A stretch of 60,993 nt of DNA, counting the filler, from Deltaproteobacteria bacterium (GTDB lineage: Bacteria > JACQOV01), in assembly GCA_016202395.1 (NCBI GenBank). It is 5 parts of 5 records of this genome, joined end to end, with 100 filler letters (N's around TTAATTAATTAA, not from the genome) between each part and the next. Parts side by side here need not be neighbours in the genome. Positions count along the whole stretch, not along the records: positions 25,515 to 47,683 come from JACQOV010000104.1; positions 47,784 to 57,056 come from JACQOV010000102.1; 3 more parts are not named here. One strand, written 5' to 3'. Of the stretch, positions 43,529 through 54,040 are shown one piece after another (the first letter of the stretch is position 1; each line of letters begins with the position of its first letter). A program made the translations under genes and the position numbers. The notes under the pieces were generated by a model. The model was given only the letters and a program-made list of their open reading frames with translations. It had not been told where the DNA came from and ran no database searches.

Positions 43529-44220
43529 TGCAAAATCCGTGGATTATTTTTCAGCATGTTAGGGAGGAAGGGCCAGCTCTCATTGAAGAGATTTTAAAAG
43601 AGAGAAAAGAGCCTTGTCGAATTATTCATTCCTATCGAGGAGACAAGGTTCCTGAAAAAATCGATGGCGCTCGGGGTCTCATTGTCATGGGAGGCCCCAT
43701 GAATGTCGATGAGACCGATCGTTTCCCTTTCTTAAGAGCCGAGCGAGAATTGATGGCTCAAGCCGTCTCTCAAAAAGTTCCTGTGCTTGGGGTTTGTTTG
43801 GGGGCTCAAATGCTGGCGCGAGCTTTAGAAGCCAGAGTTTGGAAGGGGACTCAACTCGAATTGGGATTCGATTCGGTTGAATTAACTCCTCAAGGCGCTC
43901 AAGACCCTCTCTTCGAAGGATTGGGAGACAAAGTCCCTGTTTTTCAATGGCATCACGATACCTTTGATCTTCCCAAAGAAGCTGTTCGTTTGGCCTCTTC
44001 CTCTGTCTATCCGAATCAAGCTTTTCGTGCCGGTTCGCGTGCCTATGGATTTCAATTTCATCTCGAAATCACACCGGGTCTCTTAAGAGATTGGGCTCGG
44101 TGGCTGAAAAGTCAAAACGACACGCACGCCCCTTTGGCTCAGCATTGGATAGCGTCTGAACAACGGTTCGAGGTTCATCGCGTAGGTCGCACCGTATTGG
44201 AACGATTTTTCTCTCTTTAG
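43528..44220 (+). CDS. Type 1 glutamine amidotransferase
   Basis: MGGPM, GVCLGAQ, QFHLE; ATG 43528 overlaps cstA stop behind AGGAGG. Confidence 0.9.
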   Translation: MQNPWIIFQHVREEGPALIEEILKERKEPCRIIHSYRGDKVPEKIDGARGLIVMGGPMNVDETDRFPFLRAERELMAQAVSQKVPVLGVCLGAQMLARALEARVWKGTQLELGFDSVELTPQGAQDPLFEGLGDKVPVFQWHHDTFDLPKEAVRLASSSVYPNQAFRAGSRAYGFQFHLEITPGLLRDWARWLKSQNDTHAPLAQHWIASEQRFEVHRVGRTVLERFFSL

Positions 44221-44777
44221 AATTCCACCTTAGGAGGTTCGGCAGCCTCCTCTTTCATCTGGAAATAGACATCGCGCTTGTCGAAGCCAAAGAGATTAGC
44301 AGCGAGGTTCGATGGGAATCGGCGCACCACGACGTTGTATTGGCGTACCGCATCGTTGTAGCGCATCCGCTCCACCGCGATCCGATTTTCGGTTCCAGCG
44401 AGTTCATCCTGAAGTTTTAAAAAGTTCTGATCCGATTTGAGTTGAGGATAATTTTCCACGACTAAGAGCAACCGACTCAAGGCCCCTTCCAAAGCGGTTG
44501 CAGCTCCCACTTTCTGTTCTGTGGTTTTGGCCTCCCCCCACTGACTTCGGAGTCGGGTGACCTCCGTAAAAATGGTCATTTCTTGTTTTGCAAACCCCTT
44601 GACGGTGTTGACCAAATTCGGGATGAGGTCATATCGGCGTTGCAAAACGTTCTCCACCTGAGCCCATCCGGCGTCGATCCCCTCGTTTAAGGTAACGAGC
44701 CGGTTGTAAGAGGTCCCGATCACCATTAGAAACAGGGCCACAATCCCCAACACAATCCATAAACCTTTGTTTTTCAT
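44217..44777 (-). CDS. lemA: LemA family protein
   Basis: YNRLV, QRRYDLIPNLV, ENYPQLKS, TENRI, FPSN. Confidence 0.95.
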   Translation of the reverse strand: MKNKGLWIVLGIVALFLMVIGTSYNRLVTLNEGIDAGWAQVENVLQRRYDLIPNLVNTVKGFAKQEMTIFTEVTRLRSQWGEAKTTEQKVGAATALEGALSRLLLVVENYPQLKSDQNFLKLQDELAGTENRIAVERMRYNDAVRQYNVVVRRFPSNLAANLFGFDKRDVYFQMKEEAAEPPKVEF

Positions 44778-46990
44778 CTTGGCTGACTCCTTTCCGTTAA
44801 ACGTTGAAGCAGAGAAAGAACCTGCTTGTGACTAGGAAGATTAAACTGAGCGTGCGTACTCGTCAAGCCAATTCGAATCGAGTCAGCAGACTTGGGAAGT
44901 ATCTGGAAAAGGTCTTCATCCGTATTGTCATCTCCGATGGCTAAGATAAAGTCATAGGCATCTTTGGATAAGAATCGCATGGCCGCGGTCCCTTTAGAGA
45001 TGCCCGCATTGCGAATCTCAACGACTTTGTTCCCTTGCAGAACTTGGATATCGATGTTTGCCGTAAATAGGATGAGATCGTCCAGAAGTTCTTTACAACG
45101 AAGGGAGGCAAGTTCGGGATCTGCCTTCCGAAAATGCCAAGCGATGGCATACTCTTTTTCTTCAATAAATGCGCCTGGGAGACGGTCTGAAAAAACCTGT
45201 AGGATGGGAAGGATCTTGCTTTTCCAATCATTTCGAGCGGACTGGGTTAGCATCCAATCTCCCCCTTTCTCCTTGATCCAGATGCCATGTTCGGCAACCC
45301 AATGAATAGGGAGCGATTGAAACCATTTTTCAAGGAACTTTCGGTTTCGTCCACTAATGAGAACTATCTCTGTTTTGGGATCTTTTGAAAGCTCCTCAAG
45401 CGCATGGAGGAGCTCTGAAGTCGGTTCGGCTCTTTCGGGGTCATCCCTTAATGGGATGAGTGTTCCGTCATAGTCCAGAAAAAGCAATTTGCGATCCGCT
45501 TTGACAAATTTTGCCGTTAAAGATTTTTCATCTTTTGCCGTTAACATTTTTGCACGGATCCCTCTCTGTTTCTCCTCCATCCCTTTTAATTTTTCAATAA
45601 ATTCGCTAGCCCATCGAACAATATCGTATTGCTGCAACCTTCTTTGGAGGATTTCATTCCTTCGAATCTGCTCCGAAATCGGCATCTCAATGGCCATTTG
45701 AATGGCCTCGGCGATCTCCTTGCTTGTCGTGGGATTAATGAGGAGCGCTTCCCCTAGTTCGTGCGCGGCCCCTGCCATTTCACTTAAGATCAAAACCCCT
45801 GATTTGTCGGCGCGGCTTGCCAAGTACTCTTTTGCCACTAAGTTCATGCCATCTCGCAGTGGTGTAATCAAGGCGATGTGGCTTTGGTGATAGAGCGCCG
45901 CCAATGCGGGGAAGGGAAGAGAGCGATACTGATAGAGGATAGGGGTCCACTGAATATTCCCAAATTTTCCATTAATTAAACTAATGTATTCATCGATCTG
46001 TTTTTTCATGAGTTGGTAATGTTCAACGCCGATTCTGGAAGGGACCAGGACGAGAATTAAAGTGACCTGATTGTGCCATTGGGGGTTCTTTTCAAGGAAG
46101 TTTTCGAAACCTTGGAGTCGGTTAAGAATTCCTTTGGTGTAATCGAGACGATCTAGAGAAAGAATAATTTTCTTATCCTGCAAGGTCTGTTTTAAGGTTT
46201 CTGTTTCTCGTTGGACTTCTGGATCTTTTAGAGCTTCGTTAAATCGGGAGAAATGAATTCCCATGGGGAATATGTCCACATGGACCAGGTGATCTTCAAC
46301 GACCAGTTTTCCCATGTTGTGCTCCAGCCCAAGAATTCGGAGAACACAACGAAGAAAATATTGAACGTAGTCATGGGCATGAAAGCCAATAAGATCAGCC
46401 CCAAGAAGCCCTTCGAGGATCGCGCTTCGCCAGGCTTTTGGAAGAAGACGGAAGATTTCGAAGGAAGGGAAGGGGATGTGAAGAAAAAATCCAATCGGAG
46501 TGTCCGGAAATTTTTCACGCAAAAGTTTTGGAAGTAGCATCAAATGATAGTCATGAATCCAAACCATATCTCCGGGTTTAATTTTCTGCGCAAGAATCTC
46601 GCAGAATTTTTGGTTGACACGTTGATAATCTTCCCAATGCTTCTCTTTAAAAGCAGCATAACTTGGGAAATAATGAAAAAGGGGCCAGATCGCGCTATTG
46701 CAAAATCCGTGATAAAAATTTTCCATCGTCTCTTCGGGAAGAAAAACAGGATAAGCGTTGAATTGCGATTGCATTTGATCCGTTAGAGCCGGTTTTAGTG
46801 GATCCTCCACATCCATGCCAGGCCAGCCGATCCAAAGAGTCTCGAGGTTAGAGATATTGGGATTGTGCTGAGGATCCAAAGCGGAGGATAGCCCTGTGGC
46901 AAGTCCTCCAACACTTTTCTCAAAAACGAACTCTTCCCCTTTTCTTGAAAGAGTGACCGGCAATCGATTGGAAACGATAAGTAATCTCAT
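44774..46990 (-). CDS. Bifunctional trehalose-6-phosphate synthase/phosphatase (OtsA-OtsB fusion)
   Basis: VSNRLP, WPLFHY, HDYHL, HIPFP, DRLDYTKG, DGMNLV; HAD DYDGTL, GDDNTDED. Confidence 0.96.
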   Translation of the reverse strand: MRLLIVSNRLPVTLSRKGEEFVFEKSVGGLATGLSSALDPQHNPNISNLETLWIGWPGMDVEDPLKPALTDQMQSQFNAYPVFLPEETMENFYHGFCNSAIWPLFHYFPSYAAFKEKHWEDYQRVNQKFCEILAQKIKPGDMVWIHDYHLMLLPKLLREKFPDTPIGFFLHIPFPSFEIFRLLPKAWRSAILEGLLGADLIGFHAHDYVQYFLRCVLRILGLEHNMGKLVVEDHLVHVDIFPMGIHFSRFNEALKDPEVQRETETLKQTLQDKKIILSLDRLDYTKGILNRLQGFENFLEKNPQWHNQVTLILVLVPSRIGVEHYQLMKKQIDEYISLINGKFGNIQWTPILYQYRSLPFPALAALYHQSHIALITPLRDGMNLVAKEYLASRADKSGVLILSEMAGAAHELGEALLINPTTSKEIAEAIQMAIEMPISEQIRRNEILQRRLQQYDIVRWASEFIEKLKGMEEKQRGIRAKMLTAKDEKSLTAKFVKADRKLLFLDYDGTLIPLRDDPERAEPTSELLHALEELSKDPKTEIVLISGRNRKFLEKWFQSLPIHWVAEHGIWIKEKGGDWMLTQSARNDWKSKILPILQVFSDRLPGAFIEEKEYAIAWHFRKADPELASLRCKELLDDLILFTANIDIQVLQGNKVVEIRNAGISKGTAAMRFLSKDAYDFILAIGDDNTDEDLFQILPKSADSIRIGLTSTHAQFNLPSHKQVLSLLQRLTERSQPR

Positions 46991-46993
46991 TCG

Positions 46994-47683
46994 TCATCCT
47001 CTGCTCAAAAGATTGGCTGTGTTGATGATTGCCATATGCGAATAGGCTTGAGGGAAGTTACCTAACAGTTCCCCGGTTTTTATATCAATATGTTCTGAGA
47101 GAAGTCCTAGGTGATTGGTGTGAGAGAGCACTCTTTCTAGAAGTTCAAAAGCTTTTTCCTTTTTGTCAATGCTGTAGAAGGCCTGGGCTAGCCACAGACT
47201 TGCCAATACAAAAGCATTGTGGGGCGACCCAAAATCATCAGGGGCTGTGTATCGAAATGCCAAGCCATTGTGGAGCAGAGCTTCTTCGCATCGCAAAACG
47301 GTAGAGATCCAATGAGGGTCGCTTTTACTCAAGAAACCGTATCGCCAAAATTCTAGCGAGCTTGTGTCCACATCTTTGGATCCAAAAATTTGCGTAAAAG
47401 ATTGAAGTTCTGTGCTCCATCCTTTTTCAAAGATTTCATTTCGAATTTCTTCAGCGATAGGGCGCCAGAAATCGGCAGCCATTTTTTTATCTAGTTTGTT
47501 TGCTATTTTTATTCCACGATCCAAAGCCACCCAGGAGAGAACCTTCGAAAAAGTAAAGTGGGCGGTCCGGTTTCGAAACTCCCAAAGTCCGGCATCAGGC
47601 TTTTTCCAGGTTCGGCGCGCAGAGTTCGTTAAAAATTTCACAAGAGACCAAACATCATCGCTCATTTTTTCAATTTCATAATA
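46994..47683 (-). CDS. Glycoside hydrolase family 15 (5' truncated)
   Basis: PDAGLWEFR, SKVLSWVALDR, GLLSE, GNFPQAYSH; frame open to contig end. Confidence 0.9.
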   Translation of the reverse strand, partial: YYEIEKMSDDVWSLVKFLTNSARRTWKKPDAGLWEFRNRTAHFTFSKVLSWVALDRGIKIANKLDKKMAADFWRPIAEEIRNEIFEKGWSTELQSFTQIFGSKDVDTSSLEFWRYGFLSKSDPHWISTVLRCEEALLHNGLAFRYTAPDDFGSPHNAFVLASLWLAQAFYSIDKKEKAFELLERVLSHTNHLGLLSEHIDIKTGELLGNFPQAYSHMAIINTANLLSRG

Positions 47684-47783
47684 NNNNNNNNNNNNNNNNN
47701 NNNNNNNNNNNNNNNNNNNNNNNNNNNTTAATTAATTAANNNNNNNNNNNNNNNNNNNNNNNNNNNNNNNNNNNNNNNNNNNN
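47684..47783. other. Artificial contig linker
   Basis: N44-TTAATTAATTAA-N44. Confidence 0.99.
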
Positions 47784-48029
47784 CATTATTACTCTCGCCC
47801 TCATACGCCTCAAGATGATCCTTTTAATGAGCGATTTAATCGGACCTTGAGGGAGGAGTTTTTAGAAATGGGACATCTCCACTACGATTGTGAGGTGTTT
47901 AATCGAGATTTGACAGAATGGTAGATTGAATATAACTTCCATCGACCCCAACAGGCCCTGTGATATCAAACCCCCATCGCCTTCCATTACCAACATCATA
48001 AAGTGTTACCGATGTACCCGTCCAGTACA
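47784..48029 (+). pseudogene. IS481-like transposase C-terminal remnant with right end
   Basis: Translates SRPHTPQD..NERFNRTLREEF..W*IEYNFHRPQQAL*YQTP (rve integrase core); stops at 47922 and 47961; ends TGTTACCGATGT...ACA. Confidence 0.82.
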
Positions 48030-48098
48030 AACCATTGTCAAATGATTTACGATCGAGTAGACTTCCTCTACTATGATTTTTTTGGGAAGGAGGAGAGG

Positions 48099-48368
48099 AT
48101 GCCGTTAGCAAGCGAGTACAAACAAAATGTCATCGGAGAATATCGGATCCATCCTAGTGATACAGGATCTCCAGAGGTCCAAGTGGCGTTGCTCACGCAA
48201 AGGATTAATCATCTCACAGACCATTTTCGAGCCCATGCCAAAGATCATCATTCCCGACGAGGGTTGTTGCAAATGGTTGGACAGCGTCGCAGACTTTTGG
48301 ACTATCTGAGACTCACGGATTCGAAACGATATCAGACGTTAATTCATCGATTGGATTTGAGGAAATAG
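48099..48368 (+). CDS. rpsO: 30S ribosomal protein S15
   Basis: [26 protein letters not shown] 48099 behind AGGAGG-rich SD, 89 aa. Confidence 0.97.
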   Translation: MPLASEYKQNVIGEYRIHPSDTGSPEVQVALLTQRINHLTDHFRAHAKDHHSRRGLLQMVGQRRRLLDYLRLTDSKRYQTLIHRLDLRK

Positions 48369-48416
48369 TTCCTCTTACCCTACAAATAAACTGGAGGAAG
48401 AGAGATAGGTCAAGGT

Positions 48417-48522
48417 GCAGGGAGACTCAAGGTTTTTCAAACGTTCCGTCGAAGCGGCCTAAGGGGTCTTAAGCGGCTTTAGCGACCTTAAGCGAAATGC
48501 TTGATGATCCTTGAATCCCTGC
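48417..48522 (+). promoter_or_regulatory. Long imperfect stem in pnp leader (probable RNase III site)
   Basis: GCAGGG..TCAAGG pairs with CCTTGA..CCCTGC; function inferred from E. coli rpsO-pnp autoregulation. Confidence 0.5.
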
Positions 48523-48587
48523 CCTGAATCTTCTGTTGGAATTCGAGAAGTCCTTTCCCTCTTCCTTCCTTTTTAAGGAGAACAAAC

Positions 48588-50675
48588 ATGGGTGCAGTGG
48601 TTGTCGAAAGAAATTTAGGGGGACGTCTTTTCCGATTGGAAAGCGGCTTTTTAGCGAAACAAGCCGATGGCGCTGTTCTGGCCCGCTATGGAGATACGGT
48701 GGTCCTAGCGACGGTCGTTTCGGCGAAAGATATCAGAGAGGGGATTGATTTCCTTCCTTTGACTGTCGATTACCTGGAGAAAACCTATGCGGCAGGAAAA
48801 ATCCCTGGAGGATTTTTTAAACGAGAAGGACGACCTAGTGAGAAAGAGATTTTAACCTCTCGGTTGATCGATCGGGCCATTCGCCCCCTTTTACCGAAAG
48901 GATATTATTACGAAACGCAGGTCATCGCTATTGTTCTTTCCGCGGATCAGGAAAACGACTCCGATACGGTGGCGATGGTCGCTGCGTCGGCTGCGCTAAC
49001 CCTCTCCGATATTCCCTTTGACGGACCGATTGCTGGAATCTGCATCGGAAAGCTCGAGGGCCAGTTGGTTGTCAACCCTTTGATCTCCCAATTAGAGAAA
49101 TCGCAGCTCGATCTGGTGGTGGCTTGTGGCCAAACCGGAATCGTCATGGTGGAGGGAGGAGCCAAAGGGGTTTCAGAAGCCGTGGTTCTCGATGCTTTGG
49201 ATCTTGCAGTGGAGAGCGCCAAACCGATCCTCGAGGCCCAGTTGGAGCTTCGGGAAAAGTTGGGGAAGGGGAAGAGAGAGTTTATTCCGAAAATTCCGTC
49301 TCCGGAAAAAGTCGAGTCCGTGAAGGCGGCGGCTGTCGATAAGATGCGCAAGGCCCTCTCCATCGCTCAAAAACAAGAGAGAGCAGAGCAAGTTAAACAG
49401 GTGAGAGCGGAAGTGGTGGCTCAACTAGCCGCTGAAGGGGAAGCCAGTGTTGCGAAAGAATTGGAATCCATCACTCATGATCTCCAAGCCGATCTCATGC
49501 GGGAACAGATTGTTGTCCAGGGGAGACGAGTCGATGGAAGGGGGCTTCAAGATATCCGTCCTATTGATTGTCAGGTTGGGATCTTGCCCCGCACCCATGG
49601 CTCGGCCCTCTTTACCCGTGGTGAAACGCAGGCCTTAGTCATTGCGACGTTGGGGACGACAGCGGACAAACAGATCATCGATGCTTTGGAAGGGGAGAGC
49701 TATAAGCACTTTATGCTCCACTATAATTTCCCCCCTTTCTCGGTTGGGGAGGTCAAATTTCTTCGCTCCCCAGGACGTCGAGAGATTGGACACGGGGCTT
49801 TAGCGGAACGATCGGTGGCGGCTGTGGTTCCATCGGCAGAGGCATTCCCCTACACGATCCGCATTGTGTCGGACATTCTGGAATCGAACGGATCTTCTTC
49901 CATGGCTACCATTTGTGGAGCTTCCCTTTCTCTCATGGATGCGGGGGTTCCTATCCAGCAGCCGGTTGCCGGTGTGGCGATGGGGCTCATTAAAGAGGGA
50001 GAGAAAATCGCAATCCTCACCGATATCTTGGGCGATGAGGATCACCTAGGAGATATGGACTTCAAGGTTGCTGGAACTTGTGAGGGGATCACTGGGCTTC
50101 AGATGGACATCAAGATTAAGGGGCTCACGCGAGGGATTATGGGCCAGGCCTTGGAACAGGCTCGAACCGCTCGTCTCTCAATCCTTGGGCAAATGAAAGA
50201 GGCCATTGAACGTCCCAGACCGGAGCTTTCGGTGTATGCCCCACGAATTATGACCCTTCGAATCAACACCAATCGCATTAAAGATCTCATCGGTCCGGGG
50301 GGAAGAAACATCAAGGGGATTGTGGAGAAGACCGGTGTCGAAATCGATGTTCGAGATGATGGCACCGTGCACTTGGCCTCCGCCGATCCAAAGGCTGCCG
50401 AGAAAGCGCTCCAGATGATCCATGAACTGACTCGAGAGGCGGAAATAGGGAAAATCTATGTGGGTAAAGTTAGAAAGATTGTGGACTTTGGCGCCTTTGT
50501 GGAGATCTTCCCTGGCACCGATGGACTTGTGCATATCTCTCAGCTGGAGGATCGCAGGGTTGAGAGGGTCACCGACATTCTTCAAGAGGGGGAAGAGGTG
50601 AAGGTGAAGGTTTTGGAGATAGGGAGGGATGGGAAGATTAGGTTGAGTCGGAAGGCCGCTATGGAAGAAGGCTAA
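48588..50675 (+). CDS. pnp: Polyribonucleotide nucleotidyltransferase
   Basis: [38 protein letters not shown] and S1 domains. Confidence 0.98.
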   Translation: MGAVVVERNLGGRLFRLESGFLAKQADGAVLARYGDTVVLATVVSAKDIREGIDFLPLTVDYLEKTYAAGKIPGGFFKREGRPSEKEILTSRLIDRAIRPLLPKGYYYETQVIAIVLSADQENDSDTVAMVAASAALTLSDIPFDGPIAGICIGKLEGQLVVNPLISQLEKSQLDLVVACGQTGIVMVEGGAKGVSEAVVLDALDLAVESAKPILEAQLELREKLGKGKREFIPKIPSPEKVESVKAAAVDKMRKALSIAQKQERAEQVKQVRAEVVAQLAAEGEASVAKELESITHDLQADLMREQIVVQGRRVDGRGLQDIRPIDCQVGILPRTHGSALFTRGETQALVIATLGTTADKQIIDALEGESYKHFMLHYNFPPFSVGEVKFLRSPGRREIGHGALAERSVAAVVPSAEAFPYTIRIVSDILESNGSSSMATICGASLSLMDAGVPIQQPVAGVAMGLIKEGEKIAILTDILGDEDHLGDMDFKVAGTCEGITGLQMDIKIKGLTRGIMGQALEQARTARLSILGQMKEAIERPRPELSVYAPRIMTLRINTNRIKDLIGPGGRNIKGIVEKTGVEIDVRDDGTVHLASADPKAAEKALQMIHELTREAEIGKIYVGKVRKIVDFGAFVEIFPGTDGLVHISQLEDRRVERVTDILQEGEEVKVKVLEIGRDGKIRLSRKAAMEEG

Positions 50676-50706
50676 TAGCAGGGTCACGTCATTCTGCCGC
50701 TCCATC

Positions 50707-50786
50707 CGTCATTCCCGTGAAAACGGGAATCCAGTCCTCCTTGGGATGCCCTCGATCACTGGTTCCCCGCTTTCGCGGGGATGACG
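50707..50786. repeat. CGTC-tagged REP inverted doublet (REPIN-like)
   Basis: CGTCATTCCCGTGAAAACGGGAATCCAG ... CTGGTTCCCCGCTTTCGCGGGGATGACG. Confidence 0.8.
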
Positions 50787-50828
50787 ATTGCATTTGCTAG
50801 AGTTATGATATAAAAATTTAAGGAAAAA

Positions 50829-51209
50829 GTGGCGCAAAAAATCCTCGTTATCGATGATGATCCCTCCGTTGTCGAGATCATCCAACTCACGTTAGAGTCG
50901 GAGGGTTTCCAGGTGTCTACCGCTACCGATAGTCTAGAGGGAGTCGGGATGGCCCGGCGCGAGAAGCCGGATCTCATCTTTCTAGATCTCAGCATGCCAG
51001 GGTTGAACGGCGTGGAAGTGTGCGCTCAGCTTAAGAGCGATCCCCGAACGAAGGCAATTCCTATTGTCATGATCTCAGCCAGAACATTCAAAGAGGATGT
51101 TCGAAGAGGTCTCGAAGCGGGGGTGGAGGCTTATGTCACAAAGCCTTTTGATCCCTTAACCTTGCGAGATGTCATTCAAAACATCTTAAAAAGAAAGATA
51201 AGCCAATGA
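50829..51209 (+). CDS. Single-domain response regulator
   Basis: ILVIDDD, LDLSMPGLNG, KPF. Confidence 0.92.
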   Translation: MAQKILVIDDDPSVVEIIQLTLESEGFQVSTATDSLEGVGMARREKPDLIFLDLSMPGLNGVEVCAQLKSDPRTKAIPIVMISARTFKEDVRRGLEAGVEAYVTKPFDPLTLRDVIQNILKRKISQ

Positions 51210-52507
51210 TCGATCGATACACCCTCCCTGAGATGGCAAAATTATGGACGGAGCAAGCTAAGTTCGGTTTGTGGTTAGAAATCGAATTACTGACAGCGGA
51301 AGCATGGGCGGAGGTTGGAAAGATTTCAAAAGAATCGGCCCAGAGACTTCGGCAGAAGGCGCGGTTCGATGTCGCGCGTATTCATGAGATTGAGAAAACG
51401 GTTCGCCACGATGTGATTGCCTTCATCACGAGTGTGGGAGAGAATGTTGGAGAGGAGAGCTGTTATCTTCACCGAGGCCTCACCTCTTCCGATGTGGTGG
51501 ACACCGCTTTTGCGGTTCAGCTTTGTCGAGCCTCCGATCTTTTACTTGCAGATCTCGATCGCCTTTTAGAGGTTCTCAAAGAAAGGGCGCTGGAGTTTCG
51601 TCACACACCCGCCATCGGTCGAACTCACGGAATCCATGCCGAGCCTATCACGTTTGGTCTGAAACTGACTCTTTGGTATGACGAAGTGCGGCGTCAACGA
51701 GAACGTCTCATGCGTGCCAAGGATGGAATCGCAGTAGGGAAGCTCTCAGGCCCCGTGGGAATTTATGGCAATATCGATCCCCGGATTGAAAACGCTGTTT
51801 GCCAGAGACTGGGATTGAAACCCTCTCCGATCAGCTCTCAGGTGATCTCGAGAGATCGACATGCCGAATTTTTCCAAACGTTGGCGTTGGTAGGGTCCAC
51901 CATTGAGAAGATTGCGTTGGAGGTTCGTCATCTTCAGCGAACGGAGGTTTTTGAGGCGGAGGAATCTTTTGGGAAAGGGCAGAGAGGCTCTTCTGCCATG
52001 CCTCATAAACGAAACCCGGTGTTGGCGGAGAATCTTTGTGGACTGGCTCGTCTTCTTCGTGGCTACGCCCAAGCCGCTTTAGAAAGCGTTCCTCTTTGGC
52101 ATGAGCGGGATATCAGCCATTCCTCGGTGGAGCGGGTGATTGGCCCGGATGCCACGATCCTCCTCGACTTTATGTTGACTCGACTGGGCGATCTTCTCCA
52201 AAACTGGAAGGTTTATCCAGAGCAGATGAAGAAAAATCTGGAGCGTTGGGGAGGGCTTGTCTTTTCAGAATCAGTTCTGACCCTGCTCACTTCGAAGGGG
52301 ATGGATCGAAATGAGGCCTATGAGATTGTTCAGAGGCAGGCAATGGCCACCGTCAACGATGGGATCGATTTTAAAAACGGTTTGCTAAAAGATCAAAAGC
52401 TGACCAAGAGAGTAACGGCAAAAGAACTGGAGGGGTGTTTTTCTTTAGAGCACCATTTGCGGTATGTGGACACGATTTTCGAACGCGTGTTCGGAAAGAA
52501 ATGCTAG
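51206..52507 (+). CDS. purB: Adenylosuccinate lyase
   Basis: RHDVIAF, GRTHGIHAEP, GSSAMPHKRNP, HERDISHSS. Confidence 0.98.
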   Translation: MIDRYTLPEMAKLWTEQAKFGLWLEIELLTAEAWAEVGKISKESAQRLRQKARFDVARIHEIEKTVRHDVIAFITSVGENVGEESCYLHRGLTSSDVVDTAFAVQLCRASDLLLADLDRLLEVLKERALEFRHTPAIGRTHGIHAEPITFGLKLTLWYDEVRRQRERLMRAKDGIAVGKLSGPVGIYGNIDPRIENAVCQRLGLKPSPISSQVISRDRHAEFFQTLALVGSTIEKIALEVRHLQRTEVFEAEESFGKGQRGSSAMPHKRNPVLAENLCGLARLLRGYAQAALESVPLWHERDISHSSVERVIGPDATILLDFMLTRLGDLLQNWKVYPEQMKKNLERWGGLVFSESVLTLLTSKGMDRNEAYEIVQRQAMATVNDGIDFKNGLLKDQKLTKRVTAKELEGCFSLEHHLRYVDTIFERVFGKKC

Positions 52508-52543
52508 CGAGTTCAGAGACCTACCTCCACCCACGTAAAATTT

Positions 52544-54022
52544 ATGTCGGAAGATAATTATTTTGAACAAAGGTTGAAGAAGTTAGAGAGCGCAAAGGCA
52601 TTGGGAGAAAAAGTCTACTCCAATGGCTTTAGGCCTTCTCATACCTTCGCTCAGGTTGTGGCTCAGCACGGGAATCACACCCGTGAGGAACTTGAGAAAC
52701 AGGACGACCGATTTACTCTGGCGGGCAGAGTTCTTATTCGGCGAGATTTTGGGAAGACCTGTTTTTTCACGATGCAGGATGGCACTGAGAAACTCCAATG
52801 GTATATCCGTCGAGATCGCCTTTCGCAAGAGAACGGGAAACTTCTGGATTGCCTCGATGTCGGCGATATTTTGGGAGGAGAAGGGCGCCTTTTCCGAACT
52901 CGAACGGGAGAACTCACACTGGAAGCGGCTCGTTTAGTTCTTTTAGTCAAATCCCTCCGACCCCTACCGGAAAAGTGGCATGGCCTTGCCGATGTCGAGA
53001 CCCGTTACCGCCAACGCTATGTTGATCTCATCGTTAGTCCAGAGGTTCGGAAGGCCTTTCGGCTTCGCAGTCAACTCATCCAGCGGATCCGGTCCTTTCT
53101 GGATGAACGAGAGTTCCAAGAGGTCGAAACGCCGATGATGCAAACTTTCCCAGGAGGAGCCACCGCTCAGCCTTTTCAAACACATCACCAAGCCTTGGGG
53201 ATGGATCTCTATTTGCGCATTGCTCCGGAGCTTTATTTGAAGCGGTTGGTGGTGGGGGGGCTCGAGCGGGTCTACGAGATCAACCGAAATTTTCGGAACG
53301 AAGGAATCTCGACGCAGCACAACCCGGAGTTTACGATGCTAGAGTTCTACCAGGCCTATGCCACTTATGAAGACTTGATGCAGTTGACGGAGGAGCTATT
53401 TTCTACGCTTGCTCAAGAACTTTTGGGAACTTTGGAAATCTCTTATCAAGGGGAGAAGATCTCTTTGAAGCCCCCTTTTCAACGCGTTCGTTTTGTGGAG
53501 GCGCTCGAAAAAATGGGGGGAGTTTCTCCTGAGGTTCTGAAAGATCCAAAAAAGGCGGTTGCTGCGGCTCGATCTTTGGGGGTGGAGTTGCGAGGGAAAG
53601 AGAGCTTGGGGAAGGTGTTGGTTAAGATCTTTGAGAAAACCGTTGAGGAGAAGCTGATCCAACCGACATTCATCTATGATTTTCCGATAGAGGCCTCCCC
53701 CTTGTCGAAGAGGAAAGAGAGCAGTCCAGAGTGGGTGGAACGATTTGAGCTCTATGTGGCTCGAATGGAGATGGCCAATGCCTTCTCCGAGCTCAACGAC
53801 CCCATCGATCAAAAAGAGCGGTTTTTGGATCAAGTGCAGAGAGGGGATTGGGAAGAAGGGGAGGTCCGTGGTTACGATGAGGATTTTGTGACCGCTTTGG
53901 AATATGGGATGCCTCCGACGGCCGGGGAAGGGATTGGGGTGGACCGATTGGCGATGTTGTTTACCGATAGCGCGTCGATTCGCGATGTAATTCTGTTTCC
54001 GTTGTTGCGTTCAAAAGATTAA
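52544..54022 (+). CDS. lysS: Lysine-tRNA ligase (class II)
   Basis: RYRQRYVDL, LRIAPELYLK, FRNEG, HNPEFT, GMPPTAG. Confidence 0.98.
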   Translation: MSEDNYFEQRLKKLESAKALGEKVYSNGFRPSHTFAQVVAQHGNHTREELEKQDDRFTLAGRVLIRRDFGKTCFFTMQDGTEKLQWYIRRDRLSQENGKLLDCLDVGDILGGEGRLFRTRTGELTLEAARLVLLVKSLRPLPEKWHGLADVETRYRQRYVDLIVSPEVRKAFRLRSQLIQRIRSFLDEREFQEVETPMMQTFPGGATAQPFQTHHQALGMDLYLRIAPELYLKRLVVGGLERVYEINRNFRNEGISTQHNPEFTMLEFYQAYATYEDLMQLTEELFSTLAQELLGTLEISYQGEKISLKPPFQRVRFVEALEKMGGVSPEVLKDPKKAVAAARSLGVELRGKESLGKVLVKIFEKTVEEKLIQPTFIYDFPIEASPLSKRKESSPEWVERFELYVARMEMANAFSELNDPIDQKERFLDQVQRGDWEEGEVRGYDEDFVTALEYGMPPTAGEGIGVDRLAMLFTDSASIRDVILFPLLRSKD

Positions 54023-54040
54023 ATTAGATTAGGAGATTGG

